64,000 bases of DNA from a virus (IMGVR_UViG_3300025789_001553:1-64000), one strand, 5' to 3'. Positions 8,944 through 19,554 are shown, counted from the stretch's first letter. Notes: generated by a model from the letters alone, not told the origin. Made by a program: numbers and translations.

Positions 8944-9345
8944 ATGGACTTACCCGATTTAGATACACTATTTATTAACTACCAAACTGAAATTATACAA
9001 GATATACAGGTAGATGAATTGTCTCTTAAAGACAAAGCAATGTTAGTGCCCACTATCAAACATAAATGGGTAGCACGCATGATGCAACATAAAGCTCAAT
9101 TGCGTAAGCTTCAAGCTAAGAAAAAAGATCTTATTAAGAATACTGCTAATGCGAGTCCTGTTTCAATGAGTAAGACTGCATTAGAACAATTATCTCAAAA
9201 TAATCCTAATATAGTGCAATTGACTGAGTATATTGAAAAGTTAGAAGGTATTATTGAGTATCTTGAGAAGGTAGAAAAACTAACCAGCTCGTTAACGTAC
9301 GATTGTAAAAACGTAATAGATTTACAAAAGCTCGAAACGACCTAA
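8944..9345 (+). CDS. uvsY: recombination mediator UvsY-like
   Basis: Helical ~133 aa protein (DIQVDELSL...KHKW...KNVID) immediately upstream of uvsW; start placed at ATG 8944. Confidence 0.7.
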   Translation: MDLPDLDTLFINYQTEIIQDIQVDELSLKDKAMLVPTIKHKWVARMMQHKAQLRKLQAKKKDLIKNTANASPVSMSKTALEQLSQNNPNIVQLTEYIEKLEGIIEYLEKVEKLTSSLTYDCKNVIDLQKLETT

Positions 9346-10796
9346 TGGTAGTAGAACTTCAATACGACCCTAAACGCAAAGAAGTAAAGATTGTTTCGGA
9401 ATACCTTAACAATATTAAAGAACGTTTTAGTGTTAAAAACCCGGGGGCACGTTTTAATCGATATCAAAGATTTTTACCTCAGCGTATCTACGCTATAACT
9501 AATGCCGGTTATTGTGGTATAGGTTTAGTTCCGGAAATTGTAGATTACCTTAACTCTCAAACTATACCATTTGAAATTAAAGTTAATAAAGAATACAATG
9601 ATGTTTTACTTCAAACTCATATTCTCAATGACGGAACACATAAAACTTTAGACAGTGAATTTAAACTTAGAGATTACCAGGAGACAGCTGTTAATAAAGC
9701 ATTAGAAAGTGGTTATGGTGTTGTAGAGTTAGCTACTGGTGGTGGTAAAACATTAATTATCGCTAATTTAGTATATGCTGCATTACACAGTATCAAACTT
9801 ACTGAAAAAGTATTAATTGTAGTGCCAGATTTAGGTTTAGTGGCACAAACTTATAAAGACTTTATTTCATACAACTTTCCTATGGAGATAGTGAGTAAGT
9901 GGACAGGAGATACTGAGTTAGACTCTAATGCCCGTGTTATTATAGCTAATATGGGTATTTTACAAAGTAAGTCGTCGGATATTTCTTGGTTTAACAAAGT
10001 AGGTTTGTTAGTTGTAGATGAGTGTCATAAGCTACGTAGAGGTAATAAGGTATGTAAACTTATTGATAAAATACCCACACTAAGACGTATTGGTTTTACA
10101 GGTACATTACCAGAAAATGATATCGATAAATGGAATATTAATAATTTTATCGGGCCGGTTATATTTAAAAAAACTACAACCGAACTAAGAGAAGCAGCTG
10201 GTGGAGAGTATATTGCTAATGCTCAAGCTTTAGCCTTACATATTGAGTATGCAATGAAGCCAGATTATACTGCAGTAGCGGCAGCTCAAAGATACTTAAC
10301 TGAGTTAGATTTTATACACATAAACAAATTTCGTAACGAGGTTATTAAGAACATTATTGGTAAACTAAATAATAACAGCCTTATACTTGTGGACCATATT
10401 GCACACGGTGAAAATTTGTATAATACTTTATCAACCTTAACCGGTAAACAAGTGTACTTTATACAAGGTAGTGTTGAAGTTGAGGACCGTAAAAAGGTGC
10501 AAGAACTAATGGAACAGCATAACAATGTTGTATGTGTTGCTATAAGCAAAATTTTTTCTACTGGAATTTCTATAAAAAACATTCATTATATAGTGTTTGC
10601 TGCAGGCGGTAAGTCCAAGATCAAAACTTTACAGTCTATTGGTCGTGGTTTACGTGTACATGAAAATAAGGACATTCTTACTATCATTGACATTGTAGAT
10701 GAGCTTATCTATGGTGGTAAACACTATGACAAACGAAAAGAATTTTATGCCCTTGAACAAATCAAAATTACCGAAAAAACAATTACCGAAAGCTAA
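9345..10796 (+). CDS. uvsW: SF2 DNA helicase UvsW
   Basis: LRDYQ, ATGGGKT, DECH, GFTGT, FSTGISIKN, LQSIGRGLR. Confidence 0.93.
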   Translation: MVVELQYDPKRKEVKIVSEYLNNIKERFSVKNPGARFNRYQRFLPQRIYAITNAGYCGIGLVPEIVDYLNSQTIPFEIKVNKEYNDVLLQTHILNDGTHKTLDSEFKLRDYQETAVNKALESGYGVVELATGGGKTLIIANLVYAALHSIKLTEKVLIVVPDLGLVAQTYKDFISYNFPMEIVSKWTGDTELDSNARVIIANMGILQSKSSDISWFNKVGLLVVDECHKLRRGNKVCKLIDKIPTLRRIGFTGTLPENDIDKWNINNFIGPVIFKKTTTELREAAGGEYIANAQALALHIEYAMKPDYTAVAAAQRYLTELDFIHINKFRNEVIKNIIGKLNNNSLILVDHIAHGENLYNTLSTLTGKQVYFIQGSVEVEDRKKVQELMEQHNNVVCVAISKIFSTGISIKNIHYIVFAAGGKSKIKTLQSIGRGLRVHENKDILTIIDIVDELIYGGKHYDKRKEFYALEQIKITEKTITES

Positions 10797-11259
10797 AGCA
10801 CCACCTAAGCCTAAAAAGCCATTAAGTGAGTCTGCTAAAGCTAAAAAAGTATATTATGTGAGCCCAGCTGATTTTACAGCTGAGTTACGCAAATACTATG
10901 AAACCAATATCATTACCGATGATTTAGCAATGATGATTAAAAACATTGCTTATGGGCTTGCACATGCTTCAAACTTTATCAATTATACCTTTAAAGAAGA
11001 CGCTATTGGTGATTCTTTAATTAATATGTTCAATGCATTAAAAGATAAGAAATATAATTTTGATAAAGGTAGTAATCCATTCTCTTATTTTAATTCAATT
11101 TCGTTTAATTGCTGGCGTTCTCGTATTAAAAAAGAAAAACGCATGAGAGACACATTAGCGGCATATCAAGAAGAAGTGTATAGTATTATCGGGCCTCAGG
11201 TAGGTGTTGATGATCCGGTTAATCCCGCTAAACGTAATAATAATAATGACAATAACTAA
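10699..11259 (+). CDS. late-transcription sigma factor (T4 gp55-like)
   Basis: YYV...IAYGL...NFINYT..EDAIGD...NPFSYF...RIKKEK; true start probably 10726 or 10747. Confidence 0.88.
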   Translation: MSLSMVVNTMTNEKNFMPLNKSKLPKKQLPKAKAPPKPKKPLSESAKAKKVYYVSPADFTAELRKYYETNIITDDLAMMIKNIAYGLAHASNFINYTFKEDAIGDSLINMFNALKDKKYNFDKGSNPFSYFNSISFNCWRSRIKKEKRMRDTLAAYQEEVYSIIGPQVGVDDPVNPAKRNNNNDNN

Positions 11260-12301
11260 TTTAAGAATCGGTATATTTTCTGATCCGCACTACGGTGTTC
11301 ACCGTAATAGTGAAACATGGCACAAGATTGCTTTGGAGCACGCTAAGTGGGCTGCTGAGCAGTTTAAACAACAAGGCATAAAAGATATACTAATACCTGG
11401 AGACATATTTCATGATCGTAATGACATTGCTGTTAACACTCTTCACGTGGTTACTGACATTTTTGATGTATTGCGTGATTTTAACATCATTGTTACCGTG
11501 GGTAATCACGATGCTTACTACCGTGATAATTCTTCAGTTAATTCCGTATCCATACTTCGTGGCTGGAGTAATATTACTGTTATTGATAAGCTTACGGTCG
11601 AAACGCTCCAAGGAAAGAAAATAGCATTCTGTCCATGGGGTCAAGATATTAACGAAGTACCTAAATGTGATCTAATTGTAGGTCATTTTGAAGTTAATAG
11701 CTTTAAAATGAACTCTTATAAAGTATGTACTAACGGGCTTAAGACTTCTGATTTAACTGATAGAGCACCTTTAACTATTACAGGTCACTTTCACCATAGA
11801 GAAGAACGCAAATACAAAGATGGTACTATTCTTTATGTTGGGTGCCCGTATCAACAGGATTGGGGTGATTATGGTACTACTAAAGGTTTATACATTTTAG
11901 ATTTAAAAGACTTAAGTTACGAGTTTATTGTTAATAACATATCACCACGCTATAACAAGATTAAATACTCTGAAATAGCTAATGGTGTATATACAGCTGA
12001 ATCTTTAAAAGGCTTTATACGTAACAATATAGTAAAATTTTACATAGATAAACAACTTACACCTGAAGTAGTAGATAATATTGTTAGAAAGATTGCTTCA
12101 ATTAAACCTGTCGAGCTTACTTTAGAATACGATTATTCAGAACTATCTAAGCTTAATGTAGAAGAAGCTAATACCAAGGATTTTAGTATTAGTGTTGAAA
12201 ACTCTATATCAGAATTCATTGATTTATTAGATGTTAATCATAAGGATAAGGTAAAGAGTTACGTAACAGATTTATACCATAGAGCATTAACAATAACATG
12301 A
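11246..12301 (+). CDS. recombination nuclease subunit (T4 gp47, Mre11/SbcD-like)
   Basis: Metallophosphoesterase motifs SDPH, GDIFH, GNHD, GHFH. Confidence 0.92.
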   Translation: MTITNLRIGIFSDPHYGVHRNSETWHKIALEHAKWAAEQFKQQGIKDILIPGDIFHDRNDIAVNTLHVVTDIFDVLRDFNIIVTVGNHDAYYRDNSSVNSVSILRGWSNITVIDKLTVETLQGKKIAFCPWGQDINEVPKCDLIVGHFEVNSFKMNSYKVCTNGLKTSDLTDRAPLTITGHFHHREERKYKDGTILYVGCPYQQDWGDYGTTKGLYILDLKDLSYEFIVNNISPRYNKIKYSEIANGVYTAESLKGFIRNNIVKFYIDKQLTPEVVDNIVRKIASIKPVELTLEYDYSELSKLNVEEANTKDFSISVENSISEFIDLLDVNHKDKVKSYVTDLYHRALTIT

Positions 12302-13095
12302 AAATAGGAGCAGCAGTAATAGCATGTGATAGATTGGAATACACTAAACAGTGTGTTGCAAGTATACTTGCGAATAAAGGCCCGTTAACTGATATTATTT
12401 TAATTAATGATGGTATTAAAATACCAGATGGTGCATTACCTGATGGTATTGAAATAATGAACAATAGACCGCCATATCAATCAGTTGGGAGAGCTAAAAA
12501 TAGAGCTATGCAGGTGTTAGTCAATAGAGAATGTGAACATATATTTCTTGTTGAAAATGATATTTTAATTCAAACACCTGATGTTTGGCAAAAATATATA
12601 GATACTGCTAATGGTACAGGTATACGTCATTTAAATTTCGGTTATCATGGACCAGCCAACAGAACACCAGATTATAGTAAACCAAATCCGAGGTATATTG
12701 TAGAATACCCAAATAATATAAAAGTTGCACTTAATTTTCATTGTGTTGGAGCGTTTTCGTATTTTCATCGTCAATTTATGACAGATGTTGGTTATCATGA
12801 TACATTTTTTCAAAATGCATGGGAACACGTAGAGCTGTGTCAAAGAGCAATTAAGAAAAACTATTTGCCTGCATTTTGGTGGTTTCCAGATGTAGAAGGT
12901 AGTGATGAATTACTTAAAGAAATACCAGGCTCTATACAAAACAGTTCTATTACACATACCGAAAAATGGACTGAAAATATGTATAAAGGTGCTGATCATT
13001 ACAGAAAGATACACGGTGTATCAGCTGTAGAAAACCCTGATACCGGTCTTTCTGTAGTACTACAACGCTTAAAAGAAATTTATAAATGCAAGTAA
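12298..13095 (+). CDS. glycosyltransferase, GT2-like
   Basis: VIACDR...LINDG...SVGRAKN...FLVENDI...AWEHVE. Confidence 0.8.
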   Translation: MKIGAAVIACDRLEYTKQCVASILANKGPLTDIILINDGIKIPDGALPDGIEIMNNRPPYQSVGRAKNRAMQVLVNRECEHIFLVENDILIQTPDVWQKYIDTANGTGIRHLNFGYHGPANRTPDYSKPNPRYIVEYPNNIKVALNFHCVGAFSYFHRQFMTDVGYHDTFFQNAWEHVELCQRAIKKNYLPAFWWFPDVEGSDELLKEIPGSIQNSSITHTEKWTENMYKGADHYRKIHGVSAVENPDTGLSVVLQRLKEIYKCK

Positions 13096-13874
13096 CACAT
13101 TTAGGTATAACTAACGTAAAGCGTAGTGGTTATGGGTTTGGTAATCAATTATTTTTAATTGCAAGTACGATAGGTATTGCTATCAGCAATAATTTAAAGT
13201 ATGGTTTTGCAGAATGGAGTAATAATCGTTACTTTAACGAGCAGTTACCGGGTTTAGCGCCAGGAACAGGTAATATTGTAAAAGAACAGAGCTTTGATTA
13301 TAACCCGGTAGTGTTGCCAAAAAATACATTTACATACCTTGAAGGTTATTTTCAAAGTGAAAAATACTTCAGTTCTCCTGAAGCAAAAAACACAATACGC
13401 AATTTCTTTACATTTAAAAATGAGTATATACAACCAATAAAAGACTCTTTAAATGGTATAACCAATACATGCTCTATACATGTACGTCGCGGAGACTATT
13501 TAAAATACCCTGATATACATGTACAGCAACCTGAAACCTATTGGTATAACGCTCAACTTAAAGTTGAAAGCTTAACCACTGTTAACACTTATATAGTAAT
13601 GTCTGATGACATAAATTGGTGTAAAGAAAATAAACAACTGTTTACTAAAACAGGTAAAAAGGTATTATTTATGCAAGGTAGAAACGACATGGATGATTTT
13701 GTTATGATGTCTTTGTGTAGCAACAATATAATAACTAATTCCTCCTTTTCATGGTGGGCAGCTTGGTTAAACACAAATAGAGATAAAGTTGTTGTTATGC
13801 CCAAACAGTGGTTTGGTATTAACGGGCCATCAGATGGTAAAGATTTGCAAGCAGAGGGGTGGATAAAAGTATGA
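13086..13874 (+). CDS. alpha-1,2-fucosyltransferase-like (GT11)
   Basis: GFGNQLF, GYFQSEKYF, SIHVRRGDY, NSSFSWWAAWL. Confidence 0.9.
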   Translation: MQVTHLGITNVKRSGYGFGNQLFLIASTIGIAISNNLKYGFAEWSNNRYFNEQLPGLAPGTGNIVKEQSFDYNPVVLPKNTFTYLEGYFQSEKYFSSPEAKNTIRNFFTFKNEYIQPIKDSLNGITNTCSIHVRRGDYLKYPDIHVQQPETYWYNAQLKVESLTTVNTYIVMSDDINWCKENKQLFTKTGKKVLFMQGRNDMDDFVMMSLCSNNIITNSSFSWWAAWLNTNRDKVVVMPKQWFGINGPSDGKDLQAEGWIKV

Positions 13875-14692
13875 AAAAAGAATTATACATAAAAGACTCT
13901 AATTTCGGTCACTGCGCGTTTAGTAATAATCCAACACCACCAGTAAGCATTTCTGAACATATAATATGGAACCGCAGCGACGCTCCACATGGAACTGATG
14001 TGGTGTGTACTGATTACCAATTAGATAAAGGCAATATTGCATGGTTATTAGAACCTTATGAAATTAACCCACAGCCATATGAGTATGTCAAAGCTAATTC
14101 AGCTTTTTATAAAGAAATATGGACACACGATAAAGAGTTTTTGTCTTTACCAAACGCTAAATGGTATCCGGTTGGAGGGTGTTGGTTAGAAGTACCTGAA
14201 AGAAAAATATATGAAAAGAGCAAAATGTTCTCTATTATAGCTTCGAACAAAAACCAACTGCCCGGTCACAAATTAAGACATCAAATAATACAAGCCGCTG
14301 GTAATAAGGTGGATGCTTTCGGTCCTTCCTATATTCAGTTTAAGAAAAACCCCATGCATAAAATAGAAGGATTAGCGGATTACCGATATCATTTTGCAAT
14401 TGAAAACTGTAAGAGAGATTTTTATTTTACAGAAAAGCTTATTGATACCTTGATGTCTGGTACAATTCCTATATACTGGGGGTGTCCTTCTATTGATAAA
14501 TTCTTTAATACTGATGGTTTTATTATCTTTAATGACTTGTATGATTTAAAAGAGAAGCTTAAAAATTGTACAGTAGAATTATACGATAGTAAGAAAGCAG
14601 CTATTGAAGAAAACTTTAAATTAGCACAAAACTATATTTTATCAGAAGATTGGATATATAACAATATATTACAAAATGAAAAGACAATTTGA
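13859..14692 (+). CDS. glycosyltransferase, GT10 fucosyltransferase-like
   Basis: YRYHFAIEN...YFTEKLID...GTIPIYWG. Confidence 0.82.
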   Translation: MDKSMKKELYIKDSNFGHCAFSNNPTPPVSISEHIIWNRSDAPHGTDVVCTDYQLDKGNIAWLLEPYEINPQPYEYVKANSAFYKEIWTHDKEFLSLPNAKWYPVGGCWLEVPERKIYEKSKMFSIIASNKNQLPGHKLRHQIIQAAGNKVDAFGPSYIQFKKNPMHKIEGLADYRYHFAIENCKRDFYFTEKLIDTLMSGTIPIYWGCPSIDKFFNTDGFIIFNDLYDLKEKLKNCTVELYDSKKAAIEENFKLAQNYILSEDWIYNNILQNEKTI

Positions 14693-14990
14693 TACAGGTG
14701 CACAAAGAGACACTGATGTTGGCAAACCAAGAGTTAGCCTGGTGCCTCATGAAGAATTAATGAGAGTGGCAAGCCACTTTGTTGTAGGCGGGCAGAAGTA
14801 CGGTTTCAATAACTGGAAGAAAGGTATGAATACGTCAGTATATTATGACAGTGCACAGCGTCATTTAATGAAATACTGGCAAGGAGAAGACAGTGAGGAT
14901 CATGCTGCAGCTGCTGTGTGGAATATTATGTGTATGATGTGGACGGAAAAAAATAAACCAGAATTAGACGATAGAAAAGAATACCAATGA
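14676..14990 (+). CDS. dATP/dGTP diphosphohydrolase (DUF5664-like)
   Basis: FDTGAQRD...GKPR..LVP...GGQKYG..NWKKG...SAQRH...DHAAAAVWN. Confidence 0.8.
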   Translation: MKRQFDTGAQRDTDVGKPRVSLVPHEELMRVASHFVVGGQKYGFNNWKKGMNTSVYYDSAQRHLMKYWQGEDSEDHAAAAVWNIMCMMWTEKNKPELDDRKEYQ

Positions 14991-15742
14991 AAATTGATTT
15001 AAAAAACCTAACATTCACAATACCTGTCAGAATTGATAGTGATGATAGAGCATTCAATCTCAACTATGTTATCGAGTATTTGTTACACAATTTTGATACT
15101 AATATAATTGTGTATGAAAACGGACCTAAACCTATATTTAAAAATAAATACAGTATTACACATGTTTATGAACAAAATGACGGTGTGTTTCACCGTACTC
15201 GTTATCTTAACAATATGGCTAAGCAAGCCACAACTGATTTTATAGCTAATTATGATTGTGATGTAATATTTCCTGTAAAACAAATTGTAAAAGCATATAA
15301 TTTATTAAAAAGCAATAACTTAGACTGTGTATATCCTTATAGTGGTTATTTTGTTAACATTAAACGTGATGTTTTAAAGGAAATTGTAAACTTAGACCCG
15401 GCTAACTTAAACCCTGATACATATCAAAATTTCGGTAAAAATTCCTTTGGTGGTGCTGTATTTTGGTACAAAAAAGCCTTTATAGAGGGTGGAATGGAAA
15501 ATGAAAATTGTGTATCTTGGGGCTGTGAAGACTGGGAACGGTTAAAGCGTTTTGAAATACTTGGTTACCGTATTGCAAGAGTAAATGGTCCTTTATATCA
15601 TATTGATCATGTAAGATCTCAAGATAGCAGTGAAGCTAACCCATATTATAATAATAATAGAAAAGAATTCGATAAAGTATTAAATGCTAAAAAAGAAGAC
15701 TTACTAAGATACGTCAGCACATGGCCTTGGGCTAAATTATAA
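14987..15742 (+). CDS. glycosyltransferase (GT2/GT7-like)
   Basis: IPVRID, NYDCDV (DxD), GGMENE, WGCEDWER, LYHIDH. Confidence 0.82.
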   Translation: MKIDLKNLTFTIPVRIDSDDRAFNLNYVIEYLLHNFDTNIIVYENGPKPIFKNKYSITHVYEQNDGVFHRTRYLNNMAKQATTDFIANYDCDVIFPVKQIVKAYNLLKSNNLDCVYPYSGYFVNIKRDVLKEIVNLDPANLNPDTYQNFGKNSFGGAVFWYKKAFIEGGMENENCVSWGCEDWERLKRFEILGYRIARVNGPLYHIDHVRSQDSSEANPYYNNNRKEFDKVLNAKKEDLLRYVSTWPWAKL

Positions 15743-16524
15743 TGAAAAAAGTATACATTACTTTTGGTGGTAATATCTATGATGACACCACTCGTATAAT
15801 AGTTCAAGACGGTATTAAATTCGGTGCTGATGAAGTTAAAGTGTACGATGATGTATGGTTAATGAAACAACCATTCTTTGAACAAAATAAATGGCTTTGG
15901 GAACACCCGCATAAAAGAGGTTTTGGATGGTATTGCTGGAAACCATTTATAATATATCATGCTTTACAAAACCTACAAGACGGTGATATAGTGCTATTTA
16001 CAGATGCTGATTGTTACCCTGTTAGTGATTTAAATGTATTGTTTAATCAATGCGATAAAGACGGTGGTGTAATGCTATTTGCGGCTAACGGACAAACACA
16101 CTCTTATTGGTGCAAGAAAGATTGTTACATTGTGATGGGACAAAACGACCCTAAATATTACAACGTACAGGCTGGTGTTGCACGGTTTATGTTATTTCAA
16201 AAAGGTAAATGGAAAGCTACACAGTTTTTAATGGAATGGTTAACATATTGTGTCAACCCATTAGCTACAACGTTTGATAAAAGTATTCTTGCTGCAGAAG
16301 CTCCGGAATTTATTGAACATAGAACTGAACAAGCAATAATGACCAGTCTTGCACATAAGTACGGTTTAAAGCTCTATAGAGAAGCTTGTGAAGCTGGTAA
16401 CAAGTACAGTTTTGATAAAGAACTATATAGTCAATTATTTACACAGTTTAACCCTACTGATTTGTTTGGTGGTGAAAAAGTTACACTTAGACCGGTAGGT
16501 TCTAAGTTTGCAAACGTTAAATAA
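15742..16524 (+). CDS. putative glycosyltransferase (GT-A fold)
   Basis: RGFGWYCWKP, LFTDAD (DxD), EHRTEQ; position within a GT cluster. Confidence 0.6.
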   Translation: MKKVYITFGGNIYDDTTRIIVQDGIKFGADEVKVYDDVWLMKQPFFEQNKWLWEHPHKRGFGWYCWKPFIIYHALQNLQDGDIVLFTDADCYPVSDLNVLFNQCDKDGGVMLFAANGQTHSYWCKKDCYIVMGQNDPKYYNVQAGVARFMLFQKGKWKATQFLMEWLTYCVNPLATTFDKSILAAEAPEFIEHRTEQAIMTSLAHKYGLKLYREACEAGNKYSFDKELYSQLFTQFNPTDLFGGEKVTLRPVGSKFANVK

Positions 16525-16568
16525 GTTTACAGTAGAAAAAAGATAGTTCTATATTATACTATTAGGTA

Positions 16569-18392
16569 ATGCGTTATGTTTATTTCAAACATTTAAAAAT
16601 TACTAATTTCCTGTCTGTAGGTAAAAGACCGGTAGTTGTAGATTTTAAGCCTGGACTAAATATTATTACAGGTAAAAATTATGATAAAGCTGATAGAGCG
16701 AATGGCGTTGGAAAGTCCACTATTGCTGACGCAGTGCATTTTGCTCTGTACGGTAGCACTATACGCGATCTTAAAAAAGAAAACATAGTAAACGATCAAG
16801 CACCGGATCAGTTGTGTGAAGTCGAGCTTGAATTTACTTATCAGCAAGATGGTATTAATAATGAATGTCGAGTGCTAAGAACACTTAACCCCACTAAATG
16901 TTTCTTCTTTATTAATGGTGAAGACGTTACCAGATCTGGTGTACCGCAAACTACAGAGTTGATAGTCGACACTATTAAAACCTCTTCTGAAATATTTCAG
17001 AACAGTGTTGTTATGACAATTAATACCACTGTACCTTTCATGGCACAGAAGAAGATCGAGAAACGCAAGTTTATTGAAGGCATACTTGGTTTAGAAGTGT
17101 TTAGTAATATGTTAAGTTTTGCACGCTTTGATTATAATGAAGCAAAACGCTTACTTGATATTGAAAGTACAAAAGTAGAAGAAACTAACAGATCTTTAGC
17201 AGACGCGATTAAACAAAAAGAAACTTATGAAGACACTAAAAAGAAAAGACTTGAAGTTCTATTAACACGTCAGTCTAACAATGCTAAGGAACTGGCAGGT
17301 ATAGATGAAAAGCTTAACAGTTTAGAGTCAGTAGATACAGTAGCAGAAAAGCAAATACAAGATAAGCTATCTACATTAAAAACAGCTGAAACAGCATGCG
17401 ACCGTAAAATAGCTACTATAAACAAGCTTATTACTGAAGCGGAAACACATATCAAACTTAATAATGATCGTATTAAAAAGCTAAAGAAGGTAGATAGTAA
17501 ATGCCCTCATTGCGGTAAAGACTTAGCTGAAGCTGTAAACACTCAATATGAAAAAGATAAAGCGGAGTGTCAGACTGAAATACAAAAGTACACAGAGGTT
17601 ATTGATACACAAAAGCCGCTTTTAGTAGAAGCACAAGAGCAATTAGATAAAGTTGAAAAGGCTATAGTAACAATTCAGAAGAAAATAAACGACTTTAATA
17701 TTCGTAAGAAAGAAGTAGAAAACATTAATAATCGTGTTAAGCAACTCAATGAGTGGCAATCTTCATTAGTCGTAGATATAGATCAGCTCAACAAAGACTC
17801 TAATAACTATCAAGATATTATAGATGCTATTGTTACAAGGCAAAACGAGACTAAAAAACAAATTAGCTCTTTACAAGAAAGAATAGATATAGTTGAGTCT
17901 GCTAAGTTTATTGTGGACGAAGAAGGAGTGAAGTCGTATATTGTTAAAAAGATACTACAAGTATTAAACATGCGTTTAGCACAATATTTGCGTAGACTTG
18001 AAAGCAATAGTATCGTTACATTTAACGAGTTTTTTGAAGAGACTATTACCAACGAGCGTGGAAGTCAGTGTAGCTATTTTAACTTTTCCGGTGCAGAGCG
18101 TAAAGCTATCGATCTTGCAATGTTATTTACGTTTCAAGATATCCGTAGAGCACAGGCTGATGTTTGGCTTAACTTGAGTATGTTTGATGAATTATTTGAT
18201 TCATCATTGGATGAAAAAGGTATTGAGTTAGTACTTGATATTCTTAAAGAAAGGGTAGATAATTACAATGAATCAATTTATATTATTTCTCACCGTAAAG
18301 AGAGTAAAAAATACTGTATCGGTGGTGAAATCGTATATCTTGAAAAGAAAAACGGCATAACAACAAGAACAACAACTTATGATATTTCCTAA
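16569..18392 (+). CDS. recombination ATPase subunit (T4 gp46, Rad50/SbcC-like)
   Basis: NGVGKST, coiled coil with CPHC zinc hook, FSGAE signature, FDELFDSSLD, ISHR. Confidence 0.94.
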   Translation: MRYVYFKHLKITNFLSVGKRPVVVDFKPGLNIITGKNYDKADRANGVGKSTIADAVHFALYGSTIRDLKKENIVNDQAPDQLCEVELEFTYQQDGINNECRVLRTLNPTKCFFFINGEDVTRSGVPQTTELIVDTIKTSSEIFQNSVVMTINTTVPFMAQKKIEKRKFIEGILGLEVFSNMLSFARFDYNEAKRLLDIESTKVEETNRSLADAIKQKETYEDTKKKRLEVLLTRQSNNAKELAGIDEKLNSLESVDTVAEKQIQDKLSTLKTAETACDRKIATINKLITEAETHIKLNNDRIKKLKKVDSKCPHCGKDLAEAVNTQYEKDKAECQTEIQKYTEVIDTQKPLLVEAQEQLDKVEKAIVTIQKKINDFNIRKKEVENINNRVKQLNEWQSSLVVDIDQLNKDSNNYQDIIDAIVTRQNETKKQISSLQERIDIVESAKFIVDEEGVKSYIVKKILQVLNMRLAQYLRRLESNSIVTFNEFFEETITNERGSQCSYFNFSGAERKAIDLAMLFTFQDIRRAQADVWLNLSMFDELFDSSLDEKGIELVLDILKERVDNYNESIYIISHRKESKKYCIGGEIVYLEKKNGITTRTTTYDIS

Positions 18393-19542
18393 TAACGGCT
18401 TAGTAATCGGTGCACCGCAAATGCCTCTTGGGGCACCTGCTTTTGGTAGCCCGGTGGTTGATACACCACTTCCAGTAATGGAGACACCAGGTGGTATGAA
18501 ACGTGCAGTGAGTTTTGCTGCAGACCATCAAGGTTGTGGTTTCTGGCGTATGCATTGGCCTGAATCAGTTATTAATGCACATCAATTAGGTATTATTAAT
18601 AACAATAACTTTATGATTTTACAGGAGAACTTCTATCAAGGTATTTCTTCTGTAAGAATACAAAGACAAGTTACCCCCACTCAATTACAATTTGTAAAGT
18701 TCTTAAAGAGTATTTCAGAAAAAACTAATAATTTTAAGATATATTATGAAATTGACGATGTAATATTTCCTGAAGATATTCCTTTATATAATAAGGCTCG
18801 TGAAGCATTTGTTGATCCAAGTATTGGTAAAACCGCTATCGAGATAATGCAGCTATGTGATGGCATTACTGCTCCAACTGAGTATATGGCTAAGTATTAT
18901 CAGGAGAAGTCAGGTGTACCTGGTATTGTATTGCCTAACTATATGCCGAAGTTCTGGATGGATAGGTTTTATAATAAGACTAAGATATCAGAAAATTACG
19001 AAACCAACAAGCGCCGACCACGTATTGGTTATATCGGTAGCCCTACACATTTTAATGTTGCAGGGGTGCCTGGAATTAAAGACGATTTCGGTGATATATT
19101 GGATGTCATTAAGAAAACAGTCAAGCAGTTTAAATGGGTATTAATGGGCGGTTGCCCACAAGAGCTTGCAGACTATGTACGTAGTGGTGATATAGAGTAT
19201 ATTGGTTGGACGAAACTCTGGGATTATCCCTATGCATTCAATGCTTTAAACGTTAATATGGTAATAGCTCCATTACAGAATAATAGGTTTAATTTAGCTA
19301 AAGCCAATATTAAACACATTGAAGCTGGTGCATTAGGTATACCTTGTGTTTGTCAAAACTTAGAACCATATAAAAACGCTCCATTGAGATTTGATACAGC
19401 AGATGAAATGGTAAGTGTTATCAAGAAAACATTAAGTGATCGCCGTACATATCTAACCGAATCGGATATTGCTCGTAAAAATGCTACAAAATATTGGTTA
19501 GAAGACCATATAGATGAGTATTGCAAAGTATATTTCTCTTGA
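18379..19542 (+). CDS. glycosyltransferase (GT-B/GT4-like) upstream of DNA polymerase
   Basis: GCGFWRM, YEIDD, IGYIGSPTH, APLQNNRFNLAKANIKHIEAGALGIP. Confidence 0.78.
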   Translation: MIFPNNGLVIGAPQMPLGAPAFGSPVVDTPLPVMETPGGMKRAVSFAADHQGCGFWRMHWPESVINAHQLGIINNNNFMILQENFYQGISSVRIQRQVTPTQLQFVKFLKSISEKTNNFKIYYEIDDVIFPEDIPLYNKAREAFVDPSIGKTAIEIMQLCDGITAPTEYMAKYYQEKSGVPGIVLPNYMPKFWMDRFYNKTKISENYETNKRRPRIGYIGSPTHFNVAGVPGIKDDFGDILDVIKKTVKQFKWVLMGGCPQELADYVRSGDIEYIGWTKLWDYPYAFNALNVNMVIAPLQNNRFNLAKANIKHIEAGALGIPCVCQNLEPYKNAPLRFDTADEMVSVIKKTLSDRRTYLTESDIARKNATKYWLEDHIDEYCKVYFS

Positions 19543-19554
19543 TATTTTTGTGGA

